Below are positions 1 to 11,476 of a DNA stretch of 53,027 nucleotides, piece by piece. Within the stretch, counting starts at the first letter, position 1; every line of letters starts with the position of its first letter. Below the pieces are notes generated by a model. It was not told the DNA's origin. It saw only the letters and a list, made by a program, of their open reading frames with translations, and ran no database searches. The position numbers were made by a program, and so were the translations under genes. The stretch comes from Planctomycetota bacterium (GTDB taxonomy: Bacteria; Planctomycetota; PLA2; JAEUHO01): NCBI GenBank assembly GCA_050248855.1, contig JBFWRP010000015.1:40508-93534 (forward strand), given 5' to 3'.

Positions 1-45
1 CCGTTGGTGTCAACCACCCCCGACTCCGTACCCCCGGGGGGGCAC

Positions 46-828
46 CTACCGCAACGACGTCAGGGCCCGGCCCCCGTCCAGGGGCACCAAGGCCCCCGTC
101 ATCCAGCGCGCGCGGGGGCTGGCCAGGAACAGGATCAGCTCGGCGGCGTCCTCGGGGCGCCCGACGAAGCCCAGGGGATGGGTCTGCTCGCAGCGCTGCA
201 GGAAGGCCTCGTAGTCGCCGACCGTGTTCGCGGCCCTGTGCAGGTTGGTGACGATCACGCCCGGGTTGATCGCGTTCACCCGCACGCCCCGCGGCGCCAG
301 CTCGAGGGCGAGGCACCACGTGAGCATGTCGAGCCCCGCCTTGGCCACGCAGTAGGGGCCCACGTTGGGGTACGGGCGCTGGCCGGTGACGCTCGACACG
401 TTGACGATCGAGGCTCCTGCGCGCGCCACCAGGTGCGGGATGGCCGCACGCGCGAAGAAGAACGGCCCCTTGAGGTCGGTGTCGATCAGGCGATCCCACT
501 CCTCGGTCGTGGTGGACTCGAGCGGCCCGCCGCCGATCACGCCGGCGTTGTTGACGAGCACGTCCAGCCCGCCGAACGCCCCGACCGTCTTGTTGACGGC
601 GTCGGCCGCGTGTGCTTCCTCGCGCACGTCGCCGGCGATGGCCAGCGCGCGAGCCCCTTGCGCAGTCCACGTCTCGACGAGCTCGTCCAGCGGCGCGCCG
701 CGGCGACCCGTGATGGCGACGGACGCGCCGGCCCGCACGAACGCCTCGGCCGTCGCCCGGCCCACGCCCGACGACGCGCCGGTCACCAGCACGACCTTGC
801 CTGCGAACTCGTTGGTTGCTTCGCTCAT
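46..828 (-). CDS. SDR family NAD(P)-dependent oxidoreductase
   Basis: TGASSGVG Rossmann motif, NNAG, YCVAK catalytic YxxxK, 260 aa. Confidence 0.95.
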   Translation of the reverse strand: MSEATNEFAGKVVLVTGASSGVGRATAEAFVRAGASVAITGRRGAPLDELVETWTAQGARALAIAGDVREEAHAADAVNKTVGAFGGLDVLVNNAGVIGGGPLESTTTEEWDRLIDTDLKGPFFFARAAIPHLVARAGASIVNVSSVTGQRPYPNVGPYCVAKAGLDMLTWCLALELAPRGVRVNAINPGVIVTNLHRAANTVGDYEAFLQRCEQTHPLGFVGRPEDAAELILFLASPRARWMTGALVPLDGGRALTSLR

Positions 829-1565
829 GCGTCCTCTCCGAGCGGCGGCTCGATCCCGCGTCGGGCATCGAGCCGGCGCACGTCCTTCGGCACCGGGGCG
901 TGGAGCACGACGGGCGCTCCCCCGACCGGATGGGGGAAGGCCAGCTCCAAGGCATGGAGCGCGGGCCGCTTGCCCGGCGGCCCGCCGTACTTGACGTCGC
1001 CTTCGAGCGGGAAGCCGGCAAACGCCAGCTGGAAACGGATCTGGTGCGGCAGGCCCGTCCCCAGGTCCACGCGCAGCCGCGCACAGCGTGCGCTGCGCCC
1101 CTCCCGGCGGTAGGTGAGCTCGGCCTCGCGGCCGTCCGGATCACCCGGCGCGGCCAAGCGCGTGACGCCGCCTTCCCGGCGCACGCGGTGGCGCAGCGTG
1201 GCCTGCTCGGACGGGTGCCCCACGACCCACGCGAGGTACGTCTTGCGCAGCCGCTCGTCGCGCTCGCGGAACAGCGCCGCGAGCCGCGCCGCCGCCTTGC
1301 TCGTCTTGGCCACCACGATCGCGCCCGAGACGTTGCGGTCGAGGCGGTGGACCAGGCCGACATAGGCGCGGCCCGGCTTCTGCTCGGCCTGTTGGCGGTA
1401 GGCCTCCACCAGCTGGGTCAGGTGGACGTGGCCGGGGGGGCCGCCCTGCACGAGCAAGCCCGCGGGCTTGGCCAGCCCGAGCAGGTGGTTGTCCTCGAAG
1501 AGCACGACCACGCCGTGCCGCGCCAGGGCCCGGCGGGCCTCCTCCCGCGCGTCACGCTCGTCCAT
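825..1565 (-). CDS. RluA-family RNA pseudouridine synthase
   Basis: KPAGLLVQ, HRLDRNVSG (catalytic Asp), TGLPHQIR, GDVKYG, LHA motifs. Start placed at MDERD. Stop overlaps SDR start (ATGA). Confidence 0.92.
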   Translation of the reverse strand: MDERDAREEARRALARHGVVVLFEDNHLLGLAKPAGLLVQGGPPGHVHLTQLVEAYRQQAEQKPGRAYVGLVHRLDRNVSGAIVVAKTSKAAARLAALFRERDERLRKTYLAWVVGHPSEQATLRHRVRREGGVTRLAAPGDPDGREAELTYRREGRSARCARLRVDLGTGLPHQIRFQLAFAGFPLEGDVKYGGPPGKRPALHALELAFPHPVGGAPVVLHAPVPKDVRRLDARRGIEPPLGEDA

Positions 1566-1684
1566 CGGGCCCACGGTACGGTGGAGATGCGCCGGGCCAC
1601 GCACCCCGAACGGGGCCGGCAACGCAACCCGCGGCCCCGGGGCTGGTTCAAAGGCCCCGTCGCGTCGGTCGCAAGGAGGCCCCG

Positions 1685-3658
1685 ATGAGCACCCCCAGCC
1701 CGCGTCGCCGCTTCGTCGGTGGTCTTGCCCTGCTCCTCGCAGCAGGGGCCCTGGCCGCGGCCCTCGTCCCCGCCACGCTGGTTGCACCCGCGGGCGCCGA
1801 GGAGGCCCCCGTCACGCCGGGCGCCCTGGCTCCGGTGGCCGACGTCGCCGCCCGCCTGGACGCCGTGATCGAGGCCCGTCTCGAGGCCGAGGGCGTCAAG
1901 CCCGCCCCGCTCTGCGACGACGCCACCTACCTCCGGCGCCTCTCGCTCGACCTCCGCGGCACGGTGCCCACGCCCGCCGAAGTGGAAGCGTTCCTCGGCG
2001 ACCGCAGCCCCGATCGCCGAGCCGCCCTCGTGGAGCGCTTCCTCGCCGACGAGGCGTACGCGCCCTACCAGGGCATGTGGTGGTACCGCACGCTCACCGG
2101 CGTCGGCGTGTTCGCGGGTCGTCGCGGCATGGGCGAGGGCGTCCGCAACCTGGCCGGCGGCAACGGCGAGGCGTTCCACGACTGGCTCACGGAGCAGATC
2201 GCCGCCAACCGACCCTTCGACGAGCTCGCCTACGAGATGATCACGGCCGAGGGGCGCACCGACGAGAACCCGGCCGCCGTGTACATCGCCCGCTGGGAAG
2301 GCAATCCCAACAACACGATCGGCGCGATCGCCAAGCACTTCCTCGGCGTGCAGATCCAGTGCGCGCAGTGCCACGACCACGTCTACGAGGAGTCGTGGAA
2401 GCAGAAGGACTTCCAGGGCATGGCGGCGTTCGTCGCGCCCTTGAGCGTGCGGCGCGTGCCCGAGTACCGCCGCCTGCGCGAGCTGCAGGAGAAGGTGCAG
2501 ATCGCCCGCCAGAACGCCGCTGGCGGCGGCAACGACCTGGGTCGTCCCGCTCGCGGAGAGGGCGCCATGGACGGCGAGGGGGCCATGGACGGTGCCGGGT
2601 CCAGGGAGGGTGACGGTGCGGCCGGGGGCAACATGCCGGACCAGCCCGCGCCGCCCGCACAGCGCGGCGGGCGTTACCGCGACACCCTCGGCCTGAGCGA
2701 CGCCGAGCGCCAGGAGCTGCGCGACCTCGCCAAGTACCGGGCCACGGTCGAGGTGGTGGACCCGCCCGTGGACCCGCGACTCCTCGGCCGTCGTCGTCCC
2801 ATGCGCGAGAACCTGCCCGAGGCGCTTCGCGACCGGCTCGATCTCCTCGACGTCACGCCCAAGCTGTGGATGGCCGCCACGCTCGAAGACACGCCCGGCG
2901 TGCCGCGTCGCATGCTGCTGGCCCGCTGGATCACCGGGGACGAACACGGTGCGTTCAGCCGCTCGCTGGCCAACCGCGTCTGGGGCGCGCTTCTCGGCCG
3001 CGGCTTCGTCGACCCCGTCGACGACTTCAACAGCTTCAACGAGGTCTCGCACCCGGAGGCCCTCGATCTCCTCGCTGCGGACGTGCGCGCCGCGGGCTAC
3101 GACCTCAAGCGCTTGATGCGCGTGATCGTGTCGACCCGCGCCTACCAGCGGGCCAGCACATGGGACGGCGAGCTGCCTCCGACCGAGCTGTTCGCCCGGG
3201 CCCAGGTGCGACCGCTCACGACCGACCAGATGCCCTTTGCGCTCTTGCGCGCGGCGGGTCTGGACGGGGCGGCGGGTCGCGCGGCGCGCCGCGAAGGCGA
3301 GCGCCTGCGCGAGCTCCTGGCCCGCATCTTCTCCTTCGTCTTCGATGACGACGAGGGCGCGGAGAGCGAGGACTTCCAGGGCAGCATCCCGCAGGGGCTG
3401 TTCCTGATGAACGCCCAGGCCATCCAGCGCGGATTGCGCGCCGAGCGAGGCATGCCCTTGCAGCGCTTGCTCGACAGCAGCCGCTCCGACGAGGAGCGCG
3501 TCACGCGTCTCTGGCTGGCCGTCTACGGACGCGAGCCGTCGTCGAACGAGAAGCGGGTGGCGATCAAGGCCGTGCACGGCCCCAAGGACGAGGGCGATGC
3601 CTACGAAGACCTGTTCTGGGCCTTGCTCAACTCTGCGGAGTTCATGTCGAACCATTGA
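1685..3658 (+). CDS. DUF1549/DUF1553 (PSCyt2/PSD1-type) domain protein, secreted
   Basis: N-terminal signal-like segment, YLRRLSLDLRG, FLGVQIQCAQCHDH (CxxCH), ANRVWGALLGRG, C-terminal WALLNSAEF. Confidence 0.9.
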   Translation: MSTPSPRRRFVGGLALLLAAGALAAALVPATLVAPAGAEEAPVTPGALAPVADVAARLDAVIEARLEAEGVKPAPLCDDATYLRRLSLDLRGTVPTPAEVEAFLGDRSPDRRAALVERFLADEAYAPYQGMWWYRTLTGVGVFAGRRGMGEGVRNLAGGNGEAFHDWLTEQIAANRPFDELAYEMITAEGRTDENPAAVYIARWEGNPNNTIGAIAKHFLGVQIQCAQCHDHVYEESWKQKDFQGMAAFVAPLSVRRVPEYRRLRELQEKVQIARQNAAGGGNDLGRPARGEGAMDGEGAMDGAGSREGDGAAGGNMPDQPAPPAQRGGRYRDTLGLSDAERQELRDLAKYRATVEVVDPPVDPRLLGRRRPMRENLPEALRDRLDLLDVTPKLWMAATLEDTPGVPRRMLLARWITGDEHGAFSRSLANRVWGALLGRGFVDPVDDFNSFNEVSHPEALDLLAADVRAAGYDLKRLMRVIVSTRAYQRASTWDGELPPTELFARAQVRPLTTDQMPFALLRAAGLDGAAGRAARREGERLRELLARIFSFVFDDDEGAESEDFQGSIPQGLFLMNAQAIQRGLRAERGMPLQRLLDSSRSDEERVTRLWLAVYGREPSSNEKRVAIKAVHGPKDEGDAYEDLFWALLNSAEFMSNH

Positions 3659-3712
3659 CGCGAACGCGTGGCTACCCCGCCCGGCGGCGGGCAGCCCGCG
3701 AGGAGCCTTCCC

Positions 3713-5077
3713 ATGTGTGACGCTTGTGATCCCATCCCGCCCGCTCCCTCGCGCCGTCAGGTGCTCGGCTGGGGCGCTGCTGCGGCGGCCCTGGGCGCCT
3801 TCGGTGGCCTCGCGCCGCGCCGAGCGTTGGCGGAGGAAGCGCGCCCCGCGACACCCGGCGACCTTCCCGGTCGCGGCCAGGCCAAGCAGGTGGTCTTCCT
3901 CTACATGAACGGCGGGGCGAGCCACTTCGAGACGTTCGACCCCAAGCCGGGCACGACGGCCGGTGGGCCCACGCGCACCATCGCGACGAAGGTGCCGGGC
4001 GTGGCGATCGCCTCGACGCTGCCACTGCTCGCCGAGCGCATGGACCGCATCGCCCTGATCCGCGGCATGAGCACCAAGGAAGGCAACCACGATCGTGCGC
4101 GCTACCTGATGCACACCGGCTACGCGCCAACGCCCACGGTGAGCCACCCGTCGTTTGGCGCGTGGCTGTCGCACGAGGTGGCGCCCGCCGACGCGGACCT
4201 CCCCGCCTACATCGCGGTGAACGGCCCCGGTGGGGGCGCGGGCCTCGTCGGGCCCGGTCACGCTCCGTTCCAGGTGCGTGCACCGGGCACGGGGGGTGAG
4301 CGCCGGCCCGGCGCCGGTGGCGCGATGGCCCGACGCGGGGGCGGCGCCGTCGTCGAGAACCTCGAGGCGCCTGACGGCATCGGCGCGGCGCGTCGTGACC
4401 GGCGCTTGGACCTCCTGGCCGAGCTGAACGAAGGCTTCGGGGCCCGCCACGGCACAGGCATGACCCAGGCCCAGGCCGCCATGTTCGAGCGCGCCCGGCG
4501 CCTCATGGACACGCCCAAGAACACGGCTTTCGATCTCGAGCAGGAGTCGGCCGCCACGCAGGACCGCTACGGACGAAGCACCTTTGGCCGCGGCTGCCTG
4601 ATGGCGCGACGCCTGCTGGACCAGGGCGTGACGTGCGTCGAGGTCATGAGCAACGGCTGGGACACGCACGACGACAACTTCAGCCGCGTCGCCGCGCTCA
4701 ACGCCGAGGTCGACCAGGGCGCCAGCGCCTTGCTCGACGACCTCGCCGCCAGCGGTCGCCTGGCGCAGACCCTCGTCGTGTGGCTCGGCGACTTCGGTCG
4801 CACGCCGCGCATCACGGCCAGCCAGGGCCGCGGCCACTTCCCGGCGGCCTGGTCCACGTGGCTCGCCGGTGGGGGCGTACAGGGCGGACGCGTCATCGGC
4901 AGCACGAACGCCGACGGATCGGAGGTCGTGGACGGCCGGGTCACCGTCGAGGACCTCTTCGCCTCGATGACGCACGCCACGGGCATGGATCCCCAGCGCA
5001 CGCTCTACGCCAACGGCCGTCCGATCTCGCTCGTGAACGAGGTGGGGCGCCCCGTCGTCGACTTGTTCCGCAGCTGA
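3713..5077 (+). CDS. DUF1501 domain protein (Tat-exported)
   Basis: SRRQVLGW twin-arginine signal, FLYMNGGASHFETFDPKP, GWDTH, GDFGRTP. Usual partner of DUF1549/1553 genes. Confidence 0.9.
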   Translation: MCDACDPIPPAPSRRQVLGWGAAAAALGAFGGLAPRRALAEEARPATPGDLPGRGQAKQVVFLYMNGGASHFETFDPKPGTTAGGPTRTIATKVPGVAIASTLPLLAERMDRIALIRGMSTKEGNHDRARYLMHTGYAPTPTVSHPSFGAWLSHEVAPADADLPAYIAVNGPGGGAGLVGPGHAPFQVRAPGTGGERRPGAGGAMARRGGGAVVENLEAPDGIGAARRDRRLDLLAELNEGFGARHGTGMTQAQAAMFERARRLMDTPKNTAFDLEQESAATQDRYGRSTFGRGCLMARRLLDQGVTCVEVMSNGWDTHDDNFSRVAALNAEVDQGASALLDDLAASGRLAQTLVVWLGDFGRTPRITASQGRGHFPAAWSTWLAGGGVQGGRVIGSTNADGSEVVDGRVTVEDLFASMTHATGMDPQRTLYANGRPISLVNEVGRPVVDLFRS

Positions 5078-5196
5078 GAGGCTGGGCAGGGCCAGCCTCG
5101 CAGCTGCCTTCTGGCGCGGCCTGTCAAGGCAGGCCGACGCGCGAGCCTGAGAATCCTTCTCAGGCTCTGGGGACGCAGACGCGGTAGGCTCGCGAC

Positions 5197-5631
5197 ATGG
5201 CCCGCGTCCCCGCCGAGATCCACGTCGCAGCGCGCCTGGTGATCCCCGGGCGCGAGGTGCGCTTGAAGGCCGTCCGCTCCGGCGGGCCGGGCGGCCAGCA
5301 CGTCAACCGCACGGCTTCCAAGGTCGAGCTGCGTTGGAGTCTCGCCGAGTCCAGCGCGCCGAGCGATGCGGACCGTTCCTGGCTGGCCCAGCGTCTGGCC
5401 AGCCGGCTCACGTCGGACGGCGAGCTCGTCCTCACGGCCGACACCGAGCGCGACCAGCACCGCAACGTCGACGAGGTGCTGGATCGCTTCATCGCGGTGC
5501 TGCGCGAGGCCTTGCGCCGCCCGCGCAAGCGCAAGGCCACGCGCCCCACGCGCGCCAGCAAGGAGCGGCGCCTGGACTCCAAGAAGCGCCAGTCCGCCCG
5601 CAAGCGCGACCGCCGCACACCCTCGGAGTAG
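5197..5631 (+). CDS. arfB: Alternative ribosome rescue peptidyl-tRNA hydrolase ArfB (YaeJ)
   Basis: RSGGPGGQHVN GGQ motif and basic C-terminal tail RKATRPTRASKERRLDSKK. Confidence 0.95.
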   Translation: MARVPAEIHVAARLVIPGREVRLKAVRSGGPGGQHVNRTASKVELRWSLAESSAPSDADRSWLAQRLASRLTSDGELVLTADTERDQHRNVDEVLDRFIAVLREALRRPRKRKATRPTRASKERRLDSKKRQSARKRDRRTPSE

Positions 5632-5684
5632 TCGCGCGGAGGTGTCTGAACCCCGTGAGGGGTGCAGGGGGGGTACGGAATAGC

Positions 5685-7135
5685 CATCGCCGTCAACTTA
5701 GCGGCCCTTCTTTCGGGCCCCTGGCGGCGGGGGTAGCTCTCTCCAGCGCACGCCCCACTCGAACTTCTTGGTCGTGTTGCGGGGCCGGGTGCCGCGGGTC
5801 TTGTCGGCCAGGATGCGTTTGAGGGTGATCTGCAGGCTGCAGGCCCCGCGCCAGTCCGGCTTGTTCAGCGTCACGCCCGGGTTGGCCAGCTGGGTCATCA
5901 AGAACGCGTACTCGAACGTCGCCACCGTCGCCGAGGCGGCGCCGAGCAACGGGAACAGCTTGGCTGGCGAGAGGGCTTCCGGCTCGATCGCGGCCGCTTC
6001 AGCAATCCGCCCCTGCGCCGTGCGCATCGCCGTGTACACGATCGCTGCCGCGTAGAGCTGCATGGCCACGGCGTTGGCGTTGCCGCAGTAGAAGCAGCCC
6101 AGGTTGAGCACCTCCTTCAGGTCGTGGAACATCCGCTCCACTTCCCAGCGGTCGTCGTAGAGATCCGCGATCTCCACCGCCGAGAGGCGCTCGGGGTCCA
6201 GCACGTTCGTCACGAACTCGTGGGTCTTCTGGCCGTAGGTCAGGCGCACCAGCCGCGCAGGCATCTGCGCGCGGGCTCCAAGCGTGATGAGCGAGTCCTC
6301 CAGGATCCCGCCCCGGTACTCGAAGCGGCCGATCTCCTCGCCCAGCTCCACCTTCCCGTTGTTCGGGCGGCGAAACACGCCGAAAAGCCCCAGCTCGGCC
6401 GCTTCCGACAGGAACGAAGGCGTTCCGTACAGGCGGTCGCCCAGCACCAAGCAGCCCCGCGGTAGCCGCGCCAACACCTCCCGCGCCGAGATCGTCTCGG
6501 CCTGCGTGAGGGTGTGCGAGTAGCCCAGGTGCTCGAGCGTCCCGCGCGCCAGGTCGTAGCAGGCGAAGATCAAGCCCGGGATCGGCGCCGCCGTGTGCCC
6601 TTGGGTGATCTTGAGCCGCCGTGCCACCGGATCGAGGTTCGAGCCGTCGAAGATGTAGATCGCCTGGAAGGCTGCCGAGATGCGGGCGTGCTGCCGGGCG
6701 AAGCGCGCCGGCTCGCTCGCCTTCACGCTCGCGCGAAAGGCCTCGAACACCTCGGCGAAGAACTCCCAGCGCAGGTCCTCGCAGCGCTGGAAGAACGCCT
6801 GGTCGGAGGACTCCACGGGTGGGTAGCCCAGGCGCCCCCCGGAGGCCTCGCGAAGAGCCGCACGCAGGGACGGCGGTGCGCGCAGGATGACGGCCGTCCA
6901 GAAGGCCACCATCCGCTCCAGCGTCCAGACACGACGTCGCTCGCCGTCGCGAAGCTTCTCGTAGGCCGCCGCCACCAACGAGCCCGTCAGGTGCTCGTGC
7001 AGCACCTCGGTCACGCCAACCAGATCCACCTGCGGGTTCGAGCTGCCTTGTGCCACGGGAGGCCCTCCTGCCGGAGGGATCGGTAGGAGTCAGGGGCAAA
7101 AGGAGCCCGTTGAGAGGCCTAAGTTGACGGCGATG
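5685..7135. mobile_element. Complete IS4-family insertion sequence (1451 bp)
   Basis: Perfect 17-bp terminal IR CATCGCCGTCAACTTAG (5685-5701 / 7119-7135). 13-bp direct repeat GGTACGGAATAGC at 5672-5684 and 7136-7148 (alternative reading: 18-bp IR with 11-bp DR). Confidence 0.95.
5698..7056 (-). CDS. IS4-family DDE transposase
   Basis: IFDGS, LGDRLY and YDDRWEVERMFHDLK, which matches the IS4 Y-(2)-R-(3)-E-(6)-K signature. The stop codon lies inside the terminal IR. Confidence 0.93.
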   Translation of the reverse strand: MAQGSSNPQVDLVGVTEVLHEHLTGSLVAAAYEKLRDGERRRVWTLERMVAFWTAVILRAPPSLRAALREASGGRLGYPPVESSDQAFFQRCEDLRWEFFAEVFEAFRASVKASEPARFARQHARISAAFQAIYIFDGSNLDPVARRLKITQGHTAAPIPGLIFACYDLARGTLEHLGYSHTLTQAETISAREVLARLPRGCLVLGDRLYGTPSFLSEAAELGLFGVFRRPNNGKVELGEEIGRFEYRGGILEDSLITLGARAQMPARLVRLTYGQKTHEFVTNVLDPERLSAVEIADLYDDRWEVERMFHDLKEVLNLGCFYCGNANAVAMQLYAAAIVYTAMRTAQGRIAEAAAIEPEALSPAKLFPLLGAASATVATFEYAFLMTQLANPGVTLNKPDWRGACSLQITLKRILADKTRGTRPRNTTKKFEWGVRWRELPPPPGARKKGR

Positions 7136-7684
7136 GGTACGGAATAGCCCCCCTGCTGCGCAGGCGAAGCCGGAGCACCGAGTCCGCGCGGTAGCGCGGA
7201 ACGATGCTCCATGCGCTCCGCTCGAGCTCAGCTCCAGACGTGCGACGTCCGCTCGCCGGCGAACCGCAACCGCAACCCCTACGTGTCAGTTCCTCATGCC
7301 GCCGGCAAAGCCCGTACCGCGTCTCGATGCACGCAGCACCCCCTCCCACGGAAGCGTGGCTGTCCTGTCCGAGCCCGGAGTTCAAGCACCTTCCATTACA
7401 GGCACCTTGTCCACGTTGCCGCTTCGCGGCGCCGCGGCAAGGGTCCAGACACATCCGGGGTCGCGAGGCGCGCGGAGGTGTCTGAACCTGCGCCTCGGAG
7501 CGAAGCGACGGTGGCGCGGTGTCAGACACCGAAGTGCGACGTTCGCCGTCCGTCGGACCACGACCCCTACGTGTCAGGCACCTTGCCCACGTTGCCGCTG
7601 CGCGGCGCCGCGGCAAGGGTCCAGACACATCCGGGGTCGCGACGTCCGCTCGCCGGCGCACCGCGACCGCTGACACATCCGCCC

Positions 7685-8521
7685 CTACAGCGCCCACGTC
7701 TCGCCGTCGGTGGCCAAGCGGAACGGCGGGGGCAACACGTCCTCGCGCTCAATGGCCTGCGGATGCAGCAAGCGGCTGCCGTGGTTCAGGTGCGTGAAGC
7801 GCACGTCGCCGCGCGCACCGGCCAGCCGCTTCACGCTGTCGCGCGTAAACGGGTGGGGGATCTGCGTCAGGTCGCGGCCGGGCAGCTCGCTGGGGTCGTG
7901 GAACGTGCCATCCACCCACGCAGCGTCGGCGCGCCCGATGCGCTCCACCCACGCATCATCGAAGCGGTCGGCGTCGGGCAGGTACACGATCGTGTGCCGC
8001 GGCCCGCGCACCTCGAGGCCCACGGTGTCCGTGTCCTCCCCACGGTGGGGGCTGGCATGCGGCGTCACGGTGAGATCGTCGAAAGCGATCGGAATGCCCG
8101 CCTCCATCGGCGTCGGGACGATCTCCCCGCGTTCCACGAGGTGGGCGAACGGCCGATTCTCTGCCAGGAACCGCGCCATCGACGCCGTGGCGTACACCGG
8201 CATCGCGCGCGTGCTCGCCGCCTCGCGCCCGAGCAGCGGCAGCCCCAGCACGTGCCCCATGTGCGCGTGCGTCAGCAGCACGGCGTCAAACCCCAGCGGA
8301 CGCTCCGCACGGCGAGCGAGCAAGCCGCTCTGCTCGGTCAGCGCCCATGTCGCATCCACCAGCAGCGTGCGACCGCTCGAGGCCGTCAGCGCGACCGACG
8401 CCGGCAGCCGCCGGTACCCGGGCTCGCGGCGCGCCCGCTCGCACGCCGCGCAGAGGCACCCCAGCTGCGGCAGCCCCGCATCCTGCGCCGTGCCCAGGAT
8501 CGTGATCCGAGCGCGGCTCAC
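7685..8521 (-). CDS. PqqB-like metallo-beta-lactamase-fold hydrolase
   Basis: ILGTAQDAGLPQLGCLCAAC, THAHMGH metal motif, DGTF, IPHP, FTHLNH. GTG start overlaps the upstream stop. Confidence 0.85.
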   Translation of the reverse strand: MSRARITILGTAQDAGLPQLGCLCAACERARREPGYRRLPASVALTASSGRTLLVDATWALTEQSGLLARRAERPLGFDAVLLTHAHMGHVLGLPLLGREAASTRAMPVYATASMARFLAENRPFAHLVERGEIVPTPMEAGIPIAFDDLTVTPHASPHRGEDTDTVGLEVRGPRHTIVYLPDADRFDDAWVERIGRADAAWVDGTFHDPSELPGRDLTQIPHPFTRDSVKRLAGARGDVRFTHLNHGSRLLHPQAIEREDVLPPPFRLATDGETWAL

Positions 8522-9386
8522 GCCCGCTCGACGTACGGGGCCAAGAGCGGCGCCAACCGCTCGCGCGTGGCCGCGGGCACGCGTTGGATCGGCGTCACCA
8601 GCGCATCGCGCAGCACGTGGTTCTCCGGCAGGGGCCCCTCGGGAACACGCCCCACGGCCTCCCGCAGCAGCCGCGTGGCCCGGTCCGCGTTCTCGCCGAG
8701 CACCTGCAGGATCGTGGCCGTGTCCACGGGCGCGTCCTGCGGTCGCCAGCTGTCGTAGTCGGTCACGAGACACAGCGTCGCGTACGCGACCTCCGCCTCG
8801 CGCATGAGCCGCGCCTCGCTCATCGTGGTCATGCCGATCAACGTGCCGCCCCAGGCGCCGTACATGCGGCTCTCGGCACGCGTACTGAACGCCGGTCCCT
8901 CCATCCCCACGTACGTACCGCCGTCGTGCACCTTCTCGCCGATCGCGGCGCCAGCCTCGAGCAGCACACTGCGCAATGCGGCACTGAACGGGTCGCCGAA
9001 CGGCACGTGCGCCACCAGCCCATCGCCGAAGAACGTGTCCACGCGATGCCGCGTGCGGTCGATCAATTGATCGGGCACGACGAGGCTGCGCGGTGGCAGG
9101 TGCTCGACCAAGCTGCCGACGGCGCCCGTGGCCAGGACCTTGGACACGCCCAGCTGCTTCAAGGCGTGGACGTTGGCCCGCCAGGGAATCTCGGTGGGTA
9201 GCAGCGAGTGGCCGTGGCCGTGACGCGCGAGGAAGGCCACGCGCCGCCCGCCCAGCGTGCCGACCTCGAGCGGCGCCGACGGCGGCCCGTACGGCGTGCC
9301 GATCGCCAGCGTCTCGACGTCCTCGAGGCCGGCCATGCGCGAGATGCCCGTTCCGCCGACCAAGCCGATGTCCACGCGCGGCAGGC

Positions 9387-9390
<4 letters not shown>
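8518..9390 (-). CDS. mtnP: S-methyl-5'-thioadenosine phosphorylase
   Basis: GLVGGTG, TPYGPPS, FLARHG, EGPAFSTRAES, IGMT, VTDYD motifs. Confidence 0.92.
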
Positions 9391-11408
<2,018 letters not shown>

Positions 11409-11476
11409 GGGCGCCTCTCTACCATGCAGCGGCATCGAAGAACGGCCCGCCCGCCCGGGCTCCGGAGGTCTACGCC

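Larger units (their letters stand above)
5633..7680. repeat. Modular intergenic REP-like repeat cluster, copy 1 (interrupted by the IS4 element)
   Basis: Begins CGCGCGGAGGTGTCTGAA at 5633 and resumes after the IS. Internal 68-bp direct repeat 7399-7466 / 7575-7642 with 2 mismatches. Colinear with 39650-39959. Confidence 0.85.

Noticed and set aside
2558..2593. 18-bp tandem duplication encoding EGAMDG twice in the DUF1549 gene
   Set aside because: An ordinary slippage repeat in a low-complexity linker.
1418..4975. Very long antisense or alternate-frame ORFs (e.g. 1418-4975 -, 9093-13586 +, 14371-18219 +, 43732-46941 +, 30851-33205 -)
   Set aside because: Shadow ORFs of high-GC coding DNA. 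They overlap well-supported genes and have low-complexity R/A/G/P-rich translations without motifs.
7160..7680. Possible CRISPR array or small ORFs in the repeat cluster
   Set aside because: The repeats are long, modular and irregularly spaced, without unique equal-length spacers, and no cas genes are present. The reading frames are not preserved between the 7.3 kb and 39.8 kb copies.
7685..8521. PQQ biosynthesis cluster
   Set aside because: Only a PqqB-like MBL gene is present; no pqqA, C, D or E in the window.
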